From Octopus vulgaris (lineage: Eukaryota), in contig OX597835.1 of NCBI GenBank assembly GCA_951406725.2, forward strand, positions 42,098,001 through 42,162,000: a stretch of 64,000 nt of DNA, given 5' to 3'. Positions 52,363-64,000 of the stretch are shown one piece after another. Under the pieces are notes generated by a model. The model was not told where the DNA came from and did not search any database. It saw only the letters and a list, made by a program, of their open reading frames with translations. The first letter of the stretch is position 1. Each line of letters opens with the position of its first letter. The translations under genes and the position numbers were made by a program.

Positions 52363-54353
52363 TGTATGCACACCTTAGGCACAAATTGAAACTCATTCTG
52401 CTGGCCCTCCTCTCTGATATTCCTGGGTCCAGACAATCCATCAACAACTACAATATGGGTGGTACATGTCAGCCATAGCTAACCTCAGCACCCTCTACCC
52501 CCCACCCCCACCCCAGCTTCATTTGTTTTTCTTTCCTTCATTCTTCTCAGACTTGTCATAACATTTCTATCCATCATCGTTAATACAATGCATTCTCACC
52601 CATTAAGTTCACAATGAAACTCCTTCCCTCCACCCGTTTCTCTGCTTATTTTACTTCCTAAATTATATATACACTTCCCACAACATATATGTATATATAT
52701 ACATCCTGTATGAATAATTTATACTAAGTTTTTGTAATATACTTCCTGCCTGGGTACTTTACATGTAGCAAAGTAAGAGGGGTAGGGTGTTTTAATTTTT
52801 AAAAAAAATGAAATGCCTGTAGTGGTTTTGAACTTCTGATTTTTGTTTCAGAGTCTACAAGAAGGGAGGGGTGGTGGGGATATCCTTAAACCAGAGATTT
52901 GGCTCAGATGCTTGCCCTAAGGTCAGCTCCACAAAAGGTACCCAGGGTATGAGTGATGGATAAAGTCTATTTGTCTGTACCTCAATATCATTGGTCTCTC
53001 TTTCTAAGATGTAAAACAAGTGTCACCTTCATAGAAGCGGTGTCCTTCATTTCCAATCTTCTATGAAAACATATCTGATTATGGGGGGAAGCATTACCTT
53101 GCTTGGAAATGGATGAGGGTCGATGACAGGAAGAGTATCCCAACTGCAGTAAAACCTATCTCGGCAAATTCCACCTGACCAATGCAAGAATGGAAAAGTG
53201 GATGTTAAAGGTGGTGGTGGTGGTTGTGATGGTAATGGTGGTGGTGTTGATGATGATGATGATGCTGAGCCTAAAATCATAGGCACAGCCATGGTTGTGT
53301 GGTTAAGAAGCCTGCTTTGCAACTTTATGGTTTTAGTTCAGTCCTACTGCGCAGCACCTTAAGCAAGTGTTTTTATTTTTTCTGCAGCTCAGCCCGAGTG
53401 GCTGTGCTGTGGAACTGAACTCAAGACCATGTATTTATGAAACAAACTTCTTAAGCGCACAGCCATGCTTTGGAGATCTTTTTATTGCTGTTTTTCACCC
53501 TTCCTAAACCATTTTCACTGAAAGTAAGCTTTCACTTTTCAGGAAGGGCATTAGAGTTGAGGGGATTTAACATCACAAGGTATCAGGAAGAAGGCTGCAG
53601 CTTGCCAGACCCTGTTGGTGGCACACTGAGTCTCCTGACAGTATTAAGGTCTTCAGTCTGGGAACTGAGTTTCAAGGGGATGAACTGTGGTGGTGATGGG
53701 GTTGTCCTTTCCAAAACCATGGCTAGGACAATGGGGTTGAGAATGAGAATATCAAGGCATTACCAGTGGTGGTGGGGGGATGAGCAAGGGGGGAGTGTTT
53801 ATGTGCTGTGTCTGTCATAGTGGCTGACACAATGACAACTTGTAATTGATAGATGGTGGTGGTGGAGGTTGTGGTGGTGCTGGTGCTGGTGGTGGTGACA
53901 AAGGTGGTTGTAGTTGTGGGTGTGATGTTCGTGATGCTGATGGTGGCAGTTGTGGTGGTGGTGGTGGTGGTGGTGGTGTGTAGTAGTAATGGTAGCAGCA
54001 GTGGTATCATGGTAGTGATACTGATGATGAATGTAGTGACGGTGGTGATGAAAGATGATGATGATGATGATTGTAATAATGAAAATGGTGGTGGTGGTGG
54101 TGGTGGTGGATGTAAAGATGATGCTGATGATGATAGTAATGATATCCACAGACCCCCCCCCCAGTCACCAACTGCTACATAAGATTTATATTCTCTTTGA
54201 CTCAATAAACTCTGCTGGGTCACAAAAAATCAATAAATTGTAAACCAAACCATCCGCAAGGATAAACTATTGGACTTTGTGGTTTTTGTTCATATTATCT
54301 TTCTTTTAAGTTGCATTTATTATTATAATAATAATAATAACAATAACAATAAC

Positions 54354-54386
<33 letters not shown>

Positions 54387-54401
54387 TATTATTATTATTA
54401 T

Positions 54402-54438
<37 letters not shown>

Positions 54439-54544
54439 ACACACACACACAACAGATTAGACTTGGAAAAGAAAAATTCGTAACATTGGACTACAACAAG
54501 TAACCTTAGATGACAAGTAATTTTTATTACTATTAATAAAAAAA

Positions 54545-54590
<46 letters not shown>

Positions 54591-54664
54591 CATATACACA
54601 CAAATTAGACTTGGAAAAGAAAAATTTGTAACATTTGGCTACAAGTAACCTTAGATGCCAAGTA

Positions 54665-54703
<39 letters not shown>

Positions 54704-54911
54704 ACAGCATGCTGGGTAAAATGTTTAGTAGCATTTCGTCCATCTTTACATTCTCAGTTCAAATTCCACTGAGGTCAACTTTGTCTTTCATCCTTTCTGG
54801 GTCGATAAAATAAGTACCAGTTGATATATTCGACTCTGCCCCTCCCCTGAAATTGTTTGGCCTTGTGGCAAAATTGGAAACCGTTATTATTATTTATTAT
54901 TATTATTATTA

Positions 54912-55360
54912 TTCAGTAGTTATATTTTTATAGCGTGCTTTCACTTCACTACCGAGCGCAGTTCTGTGTGCCTTGGGTATGTGCTGTGATTTGTTGTGAT
55001 GCTCTGATGGTTATTGTATGGAAAGTGTTCTGCGTAGGATGTGTGCAGTGCCTAGTAGTGCAATTTTCTGTATGTTATATGTGTTTGTAAGTCCTGGTGT
55101 TTTTGTTATGTATTTGTCTGAATATTTTTTTATCATGCCTAATGCACCTACTATGATAGGAATTGTTTCTGTTTTTAGATTTCACATTCTAGTTACCTCT
55201 ATTTCCAGGTCTTTGTATTTTGAGAGTTTCTCCATTTCTTTTAGAGACACGTTGTCATCTGCCGGTATTGATACATCAATTAGAAAGCATTTTTTTTCTT
55301 CATGATCTCTGACAACTATATCTGGTCTGTTGGCCTTAATTTCTCTATCTGTGTGTATCT
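54912..55360 (-). mobile_element. R4/Dong-like LINE 3' end (RLE domain) inserted in (TAA)n
   Basis: TDREIKANRPDIVVRD..CFLIDVSIPADDNVSLKEMEKLSKYKDLEIE..PIIVGALG..IQKIALLGTAHILRRTL; (ATT)n on both sides. Confidence 0.9.
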
Positions 55361-55367
55361 GTGTGTA

Positions 55368-55407
<40 letters not shown>

Positions 55408-55707
55408 GGTGGTGAGCTGGTGGAATCGTTAGTGGGTGAAATGCTGCTAAGCATTTCGTCTGTTTCTACATACTGAGTTCAAATTCTGCTGAAGTCGACT
55501 TTGCCTTTCATCCCTTTCGTGATTGCTAAAATAAATACCAGTGGAGCACTGGGGTTGATGTGATTGACCAGTCCCTTCTCCCAAATATGAGGCCCTGTGT
55601 TTATGGTAGAAAGGATTAAAGGCAGCGAGCTGGCAGAATTGTTCGTACACCAAGCAAAATGCTTTGCAGCATTTCATAATATAATAATAATAATAATAAT
55701 GATAATG

Positions 55708-56118
55708 AAATTATTGTATACAGTGCTCAGGTGCACCACAACTTGTCAGAAAGTGCGTGTAAAGCATATGCAGTAATATACAAATGTCTGGAAAGCGAAC
55801 AATGTATGAGTCAGATACATGCTTGTGTGTGTATGGAGGGGAGAAAATCAGGTGTAGTGTTGGCGAATCTCAGGAAGCATGGAAGTTTTGAAGGATGCAG
55901 TGTTCTGACAACTAACAAATGATGCCGCCAGTTTGTTCCATGCTTCAGCAACTCTCAGCGTGAAAAAAATGTTTCCTAAAGTCATGGAAGGAGCTGTGCT
56001 GTTTTCTGACTTTGTAAACATGTCCACAGGTGTTAGACAGGTGGAGTTTGAAAAGGTGCTCAGAGTTATTGTTTGTAAGATGGTTAATAATTTCATGGGT
56101 GTCAGCCAAGTCAATGTT
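55708..56118 (-). mobile_element. CR1-like LINE 3' fragment
   Basis: DLADTHEIIN..TCGHVYKVRKQ..RKHFF/TLRVAEAWNKL..TASFK. Confidence 0.8.
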
Positions 56119-56277
56119 CATACATCTTAACGTTCTGAGTTCAAATTCCACTGTGGTCAATTTAGCCTTTCATCTTATTTTGTGATCAATAAAATGAGTA
56201 CCAGTGGAACACTGGGGTTGATGGGATTGACTAGCCCCCTCCCCTAAGTTTCAGGCCTTGTGCCTATAGTAGAAAGG

Positions 56278-56310
<33 letters not shown>

Positions 56311-57151
56311 TAGTCAAGTGCCATCCTTAATGTCTTTCTTAATGCAAACCATTTTGTGGTTAATAAAGAAATCATCATCATTATATTTTTCATTTCTACT
56401 TTTATTATTTCAACATTGTCATTATTACTATTACCATATTCTAACATGTGTAAGGAACCCTTTTTTGTCAAAAATTAGGCTAAAAATATATGGGAGTTTC
56501 TTATACATGGATAATATTATAATTTCTTACAAAACCTTTTTTCCAAATTTTAAGCTCCCAAAATTACGGGGTCCCTTATAGACATTAAAATATGGTACTT
56601 CATTACTGCTATTTATCATTATTTTATTATTTTGTTTATTATCATCATCATCATCATCATCATTGTTGTCATTATTATCGTTATCATAATAGCCGCACTG
56701 GGCGTACACGATCAATAAAATGTTGGGTGTCCAACAACCTACAGACCCAACTGGACGCTAACGACTTGCAGTATTTAATAAACCTCCTCAGAAATGGCGG
56801 CATCTTGTTGATGTTGAAATCAATCGTGACAACATTATTATTTAATGCAATAAATCTCACGAGATTTAATCTTGTTTGTTCAGCGAAGGATGACAGCTCT
56901 GTCAGGCCGGCGTTGGGCCTTGACAATGTATGGTGCTATTAATAAGTAAAGCTCGGCAACAATATCACAGATTTGGCTGAACAGGAACTGGAGAAGGGAA
57001 AATAAATCTATGATTTGATACTGAGGTGGGATTCATAGTAGGAGACAAATTTTTAGTTTGTGCCTGCACACACTCAAACATTATATATTATGTAACGTGT
57101 GTGTGTGTGTATAGTGTATATATTTTATATATATATATATAAATTATGTAA

Positions 57152-57241
<90 letters not shown>

Positions 57242-57514
57242 ATATATATATATATATGTGTATATATATATATGTGTGTGTGTGTGTATATATATGCATA
57301 TATATGTATATATATATGTATATGCATGTATATGTATATATAATATAATATATTATGTCTGTATATACATATATGTGGAGTGGCTGTGTGGTAAGTAACT
57401 TGCTTACCAACCAATGGTTCCGGGTTCATTCCCACTGCGTGGCATCTTGGGCAAGTGTCTTCTTAACACACAGCCACTCCTACACCTATATATATATATA
57501 TATATATATGTATA

Positions 57515-58173
57515 AAAAAATCTTAGGGTAGCAAAAAATATTTATAGAAAAATTCTTTGTTACCAGTGGTCTAGCAAGAAGGAAAAATTTAGTCAATAGA
57601 CTATAAATTATTCATAGAAAATACAGTGTACTTTTAAACACATAAGACATGACCAATAATAGGACATCTGACTCACTAGAAAGGGCAGTTAAAACTCCAA
57701 GCCACTAATAGTTGTAATTTTGAAAGGGAATGAAAAATAAAAACATTTACCCTATTTTTCCTGGACTATGCATAGTTTCTGCAATCTTATATAAATTAAA
57801 ATAAAATGATTTTAATTTACATCTGGCGTTGCTTCGTCAGCAGGATACCAGGGATCGACATATAGACACGAGGCGATAAGTAACATACCTCGTGTCTATA
57901 TGTTATAATTTTTTGTATCCTCCTTAACTATCCGGCAGTAAATAAATTGCCAATTTTCTTTCAAAATTAGCTAAAAAATATTTTATCATTAATCAAAAAA
58001 TCTTAGGGTAGCAAAAAATATTTATAGAAAAATTCTTTGTTTACAGTGGTCTAGCAAGAAAGAAAAATTTAGTCAATATTAGTGGTTTGGAGTTTTAACT
58101 GCTCTTTCTAGTGAGTCAGATGTCCTAGTATTGGTCAACTCTTGTGTGTTTAAATGTACACTGTATTTTTATG
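57515..58173 (-). mobile_element. PLE/retrozyme-like element: 480-bp unit, 84-bp terminal direct repeat and 97-bp inverted segment, in (TA)n
   Basis: Direct repeat 57515-57598 / 57995-58078; inverted repeat 57613-57710 / 58077-58173; contains a hammerhead. Confidence 0.75.
57759..57845 (-). ncRNA. Type I hammerhead ribozyme with long stem II
   Basis: TCCTG-CTGACGA-A-GCAA..ATGTAAATTAAAAT(CATTTT)ATTTTAATTTATAT..TTGC-A-GAAA-CTATGCATAG-TC-CAGGA. Confidence 0.85.
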
Positions 58174-58911
58174 TATATATATATATATATATATAGTGCA
58201 GGCCTGGTTATGTAGTTGAGAAGTTAGCTTCCCAACCATGTCGGGTAGTTCAGTCTTAACTCTATGGTCCTTAAAGAGCATCTTCCAATGATAGCCCCAA
58301 ACCAACAAAAACCTTGTAAGTGGATTATATAGCAGGGGAAACTGAAAGAAGCCTCTCAGATATATATATCTGTGTGTGTGTGTATGTGCATGTTTGTGTC
58401 TCCTTTTTTGGACTTCACATGGTAGTTGTAAACAAGCTTCTCCATCACACAAGTGGTGTTGTTTATTTCCAAGCATGTCCAGCCATGGAGGAAATATTAC
58501 CTTGCATTGAAAAAGGTGAAGGTCGTTGTCAGGAAGAGCATCCAGTTGTAGAAATTCTGCCTTAATAAATTCTTTCTGGCCATTGCAAGCATAGGAAAAT
58601 GGGCATTAAAAGAATGATGACGGTGATGATGATAACAATTATGATGATGGTGATGATGATGATGATGATGATTGTAATAATGATGATGGTGATGATGACA
58701 ATGACGATGAGAATTGTGATGATGGTGATGATTATGATAATGATGATGATGATGATGGTGATAATGCTGGTGATATGAAAGACACAATTTATTCATGAAT
58801 AAAACTCATTCTATATTTATTACTATTAAAACACATAATATTATTTAAAGAGTAAAAAACGTATAAAACTAATACGAATTACAGTGAGATAAATAAAATG
58901 TGTATTTTTAG

Positions 58912-59140
58912 AAACTTGCGCAGTCACAGGAGCAAACAAATCTTGAAAGTTTTATATGACGATGAATGTTTGAAGAGACTAACGGATGTATGCAACAACA
59001 CACTGGCTTCTTTTGGTTTCAAGGAAGCCATAAAATATAATAGTCACATTTAAACTAATAGAAGGAAGTGGAGCAGAAAGATCTTGTGGTATAATCCACT
59101 GTTTGTGATAAATGGAACTATGCAGGCAGGAAGGAATTAA
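58912..59140 (+). mobile_element. Penelope-like element RT-to-GIY-YIG linker fragment
   Basis: ..DECLKR..DVCNNTLASFGFKEAIKY..*..RRKWSRKILWYNPLF matches the PLE SG(F/Y)K..Y..R.R.IIW(F/Y)NPP motif. Confidence 0.7.
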
Positions 59141-60065
59141 AATATAACCTTTTACATTTTTATAAAAATACCTGTTCTGTTATCTGAAGCTTAAGTACAG
59201 GAAAATATTTAAAATAAGTTCTTATAGATTAAGGTATTTGACATTAACAAGCTTTACTTAAAACCGTACCATCTTGGAATGATAGAAAATCGTCATTATC
59301 ATCATCATCATCATTGTCTAATATCCACTTTTTCATGCTTGCAAGGCTCAGATGGAATTTGTTGAGGCAGATTTTCCAGTCAGATGCTCTTCCTGTTGCT
59401 AACCCTCACCTGTTTCCAAATAAGGCAACCAACAAAACACATAAATGGAATTGTCATTCTGAAATCATATGCATTCAGTGGATATTGCTTAGCAAAATTA
59501 TAATGTGTGTATATATATAGCCATTGTCATATCTGATCATCATCGTTGTCATCATCATCACCACCACCATCATCATCATCACTGTCGTTATCATCAGCAT
59601 CATCCTCATCATTGTCATCGTCTTCATCATTTTAATGTCACCTTCTCTATAATTGATTGGGCTGGATGGAGATTATTGGGAAATATGGTCTATAACTGGA
59701 TGCCCTTCTTGTCGCCACCCTTCACGTATTTCGAAGCAAAGTCATGTTTCCCCATGGCCAGACATGTTTTTGCAGAATACTGGAAACAAATGACATTCAT
59801 TTCCTGTAATTGTATGATGTCAAGACGAGGCGGCATAAACGTCTACACACACATATACATGAATGCATACATATCTGACAGGCTTCTTTCAGTTTCCATG
59901 TGCCAAGTTCACACATAAAGCATTGGTTGACCAGGGGCTATAGTAAAAGACACTTCCCCTAGGTGGCGCACAGTAGGACTGAATCAGAAATTATGTGGTT
60001 GGGAAGCAAACTTCTTCACCACAAAGCCATACCTGTACACACCTGAAGTAGCATTGATTTTATAT

Positions 60066-61572
60066 GGTGGGTCATCCCATAAATAATGCAGTTTTTTAAT
60101 ACTTATTTTATTTTCAAAATTAAGATAAACAAAGTTCTTTTTTAATCTAAAATATACTCTCCTTCATTTTCTACAATCCTCTTTCGTCTATCTGGTAAAC
60201 TTGCAAGGCCCCTCTTCCAAAATTCACTTGTCCGTGATGAAAAATACTCCTCCACTACTGTTCTGACCTCGTCTACAGATTTCATATTTTTTTCTGTTCA
60301 AAAGATTTTGAAGACTGTGAAATAAATGATAATCAAATGGGGCAATGTCCAGTGGATATGGTGGGTGGAGCATTGTTCCCCTTTCAAAGTGCTCAAGCCT
60401 TTGGAATGTCATCCTCACTGTATGTGACCAAGCATTATCCTGATGGAAGAACACCTTTCGTCTTGAAACCAAAGACAGCTGTTTTTCTTCTAGCATTGAC
60501 TTAAGCTGCTCAAGTTGCTCACAGTAGATCTCCTTTGTTATCATTTGGTTTGGGTTTAAAAGTTGAAACTGGACTAAACCTTTCATATCCCACCAAACAG
60601 ATAACAACACCTTATAGGGTTAAAGACCTTCTTTAGCCTGGGGTACTGGTGTTTCTCATTTCCCTGCCCACTGTCTTCGGTGCTTAACATTTTTATAGAG
60701 AACCCATTTCTTGTTACCAGTCTCTATTTGATCCCCCCCAAAAAGTTTCATTTGTGAGACGTGACAGCAAAGAAGAGCACACATTCAGTCTCGGCACACA
60801 ATTAGTCTTGAAAAGTTTGTGAGGAACCCATTAAGCCAATTTGCTGACTCTTCCAATGAGACTCAGGTGTCGATGAATGGTTGAATGACCAAATTGAAGC
60901 TTCTCTGCTAGTTTCTCAACAGTTACAATGGGGTTTTGTTCCATTTTGCATCCTTGTCAAGCTCTACAGAACTTCCAGGATGAGGCTCATCTTTTAGGCT
61001 GTAGTTTCTAGCTCAGAATTTCTGGAACCACTGTTGACACTGGCTTATGCTTATTGTCTGATCCCTATGTATGACATTAATATTCCTTGCATGTTAAGTC
61101 AGCGTGCTGGCAGAATCATTAGCACGCTGGGCGAAATGCTTAGCAGTATTTCATCTGCCACTACGTTCTGCGTTCAAATTCCGCCAAGGTTGACTTTTCC
61201 TTTCATCCTTTCAGAGTCAATGAATTAAGTACCAGTGAAAGACTGGGGTTAATGTAATCATATAGTCCCCTCCCACAAAATTTCAGGCCTAGTGCCTTTA
61301 GAAGAAGGGATTAATATTCCTCACACTTTCCATTGTGTTGTTGTCTTTATTGATCTCATAAAGCAAAATATACTCCTTTGTCACTTCCATTATAGTGTTG
61401 AAAAAATAACTGTTAAAATCGAACCGCACTCTTCAAAACTTGCACTAAGAATAAGCAAAGGTAAAATTACTACCTGCTTTTATAGCAAGTTGATGCAGGT
61501 AGTTTATCCTGTCCCTCCGACTTTTAGTTCATGCAATTGGGAACACTGCATTATTTATGGGATGACCCAATA
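60066..61572 (-). mobile_element. Mariner (DD34D) element, full extent but degenerate, with a SINE A insertion (~61100-61310)
   Basis: TIRs TGGGTCATCCCATAAATAATGCAGT at both ends; LLSVWWDMKG..FHQDNA..HPPYPLDIAPFDYHLF; SINE TSD ATTAATATTCCT. Confidence 0.9.
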
Positions 61573-62036
61573 TATATGTATAACTATGAACAAATTTAAG
61601 GAGCAGTTTCACCAACATAATTATACATATACAATTGTAAACGTTATCTGCCCAAAAGATAATTGACAAATGGTCTTGTTTTCAGCTTGATAAATGGCGG
61701 AATAAATTATTATTTTGACCTGGAAAGCCTGAGTGGCTGTAATTGCAAGATTTGTGGTTTTTTTACTTTAGGATAATCTTTATTCTCTTAGCTGATCAAT
61801 TGCTTTCTATATGTTGAAGCGTTACCACATAATACACATGCACACACACACACAAACACAGCTTGCTAAAATATATTTGTAGTTTAATAAAGCATTAGAT
61901 GGAAACTCTTAGTGAAAGCACCAAGTTGTAAGCAACCAAATACCATTTTCTAGTTCTTTGCACACTAGAAAACTTATTTAGAAAATTACAATTTGTAAAT
62001 CTCACAACGAGAGATATTCAGCAACAGTACTTTTCA

Positions 62037-62381
62037 GTAAAGATTATTTGCCAACATAACATGGCAGTCCTGGTTTAGGACAAATGTTGCTGTAATTTAG
62101 CCCCAGGAGACATCGTCTCCAGCTGGCTATACGGCACGATCTGTGTCCTTATATTTTTGAACAAGAGAATCTAGCACCCCCACTCAGCTCAAAACAGTAT
62201 TTGTGTATCGCAGAAATAACCCGGAAATTGCAATACACAGATATTGTTTTGTGCTGAGTGGGGGTGCTAGATTCCCTTGTTTGAAAATATAAGGACACAG
62301 ATTATGTCATATAGCCAGCTGGAGACGATGTCATTCGTCCTAAACTAGGACTGCCATGTTATGTTGGCAAATAATCTTTAC
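62037..62381. mobile_element. Fold-back element (~170-bp imperfect arms), probably PLE-derived
   Basis: GTAAAGATTATTTGCCAACATAACATGGCAGTCC... / ...GGACTGCCATGTTATGTTGGCAAATAATCTTTAC; internal deletion in the right arm. Confidence 0.7.
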
Positions 62382-62892
62382 CCAGAAAAATTATTGTTCT
62401 TGAAGCATGAAAACCAAATGTTAAACAGGTCTGCCAATTATTCTCTTCATGCCATCATACATACACATACATCCTTAAATAGCAGAATAACTTACCAATA
62501 TGGGGTTTTATGTTAAAACCAAGGGACAAAATTTTTTTTTTTAATTCATTTTTGTTTTTTATTTTTTGTTGCATGTCGGATTTTGTGCATAATTAGTAAC
62601 GGAGCTAGAGTGGCGTCATTTGTTTTGATTGATTAATTAGTTTAATTAATTAATTGCCTGTATAAAACTTTTAACGATATCTCAATTGAATAAATATTAA
62701 GTTTTTTTTCCTCACTTTATATTTTTTAATATTATTTCTTTTGGTCTTTAAATGTAATTAGCTTGCAACCGCAGGAGATTTTAAAAGAAGGATCTAATTA
62801 TGCACCTAATTATCCACAGAGACTCCTTAATATATGCATATAAGTATATATATATATATATATACACACACATACATACATACACAGACATG

Positions 62893-64000
62893 ACAGAAGT
62901 AAATAGACACCCTTATAATCATTAAAAATCTATCTAAATCTGAAATTATATATTCAAATTAGTTATTAATTGTTATAATCTGATATTTCGTAGACATGCC
63001 CTTTGCAGTTTTCAGTGCAAAGGCCCTATTAGGAATGTTAATGACCAGATAACGAATGTTCCCTTGCGAATACCTTGCCAAGTTTCATGCAGTCATCTCA
63101 AAAGATCCGACTTTGAAGATGCTTTCATGTTTTTATGAAGTGTCCAGTCTATTATACCCAAGAGGTGTTCAATAGGGTTCATATCTGGTGACTGGCTTGG
63201 CCATGGAAGCTTTTTAATGCCATTCTCTTCCAGCAAATCTTGGGCCATTTTAACCTTGTGACAAGGATCCCCGTCTTCCATAACTAAAGAGTCTTCTTTA
63301 ATCATTTCAAAACTTGAGGAGATTGGAAGGAGTCCTTTCTGCAATATGGACATATATTTATCTGAATTTGTTTCCTTCACACTCCACCAGCTCTGATTGA
63401 CCATTGCTCCAAATTGCTCCCCAGACCATCACAGAATAGCTGCCATGTTTCATTGTTGGCTGTAATCTTTTCACATTAAATTCTTGATCATGGAGTCTCC
63501 AGACCCACATTCGACCACTGTCAGAAAATACAGCAAATCTGGACTCATTGGAGAATATGACAGTGTCCCAAAATCCTAGTGGCCTCTCCACCATCTCACT
63601 GGCCCAATCTTTTCTCCGCTTGAAATTGGCTGGTCAAAGAAGTGGCTTCCTTCTTGCTGTTCTTCCATAGTAACAAGGTTTGTGGAGATACCTGACAGCT
63701 GTTCTAGGACTGACATCAACTTGTTCAGCAATGTCAGAGGCCTTTCAACCAGGATTATTATCCTCCACACTTCTCTTAGCAAAGAGAAGGGTCCTGTCAG
63801 AGGTCCCAGGTCAACCTGGGTGAGATGTAGCCTCCTTCCCCCTCTGGTGAATTACACAATCACTATTAACTGTAGAAAGTGGGATCCCAAGGTTTTCTGT
63901 GATATCCACCTTCAGAATGTCCCACAAAATGGCCTCTTTGAAATTCGGACATTTCCAAGGCTTCTTTTGTATGTGGCATGATTAAAGGCACAGGTACAAC
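62893..64000 (-). mobile_element. Tc1-family (DD34E) transposon, degenerate transposase
   Basis: Start ~63979 MPHTKE..SEFQRG..; ARRKPLL; [12 protein letters not shown]; VMVWGAI; WPSQSPDMNPIEH; frameshifts and stops. Confidence 0.9.

Noticed and set aside
58912-59053. Terminal exon of the + gene (acceptor and phase 2 would fit exon D)
   Set aside because: The frame continues past the stop into RKILWYNPLF, a Penelope-like linker motif, so a PLE fragment is the better explanation; exonisation is not excluded

Overview
AT-rich, microsatellite-laden animal genomic DNA. The SINE and LINE families are ones I recognise from Octopus genomes, so the taxon is an inference. Almost all ORF-track entries are microsatellite or transposon artefacts. 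Four clean, phase-compatible + strand exons (12902-13030, 21983-22030, 24100-24171, 25581-25672) encode part of an unidentified coiled-coil protein. The rest is repeats: three tRNA-derived SINE families, RTE, CR1 and R4/Dong LINE ends, Penelope-like (PLE) fragments, Tc1, mariner and maT transposase relics, hAT MITEs, non-autonomous Helitrons, and Merlin-like MITEs (GGATC... TIRs, 8-9 bp TSDs) carrying internal TTAGGG repeats. The most notable signal is a set of type I hammerhead ribozyme motifs in fold-back or partial-tandem PLE/retrozyme-like elements, most of them next to (TA)n tracts. They include an essentially intact ribozyme in a 480-bp unit (57759-57845, minus), a compensatory U3-A8 core variant (4172-4214), a back-to-back sense/antisense pair inside an intron (24783-24950), and a recurring non-canonical A.A at the base of stem II.
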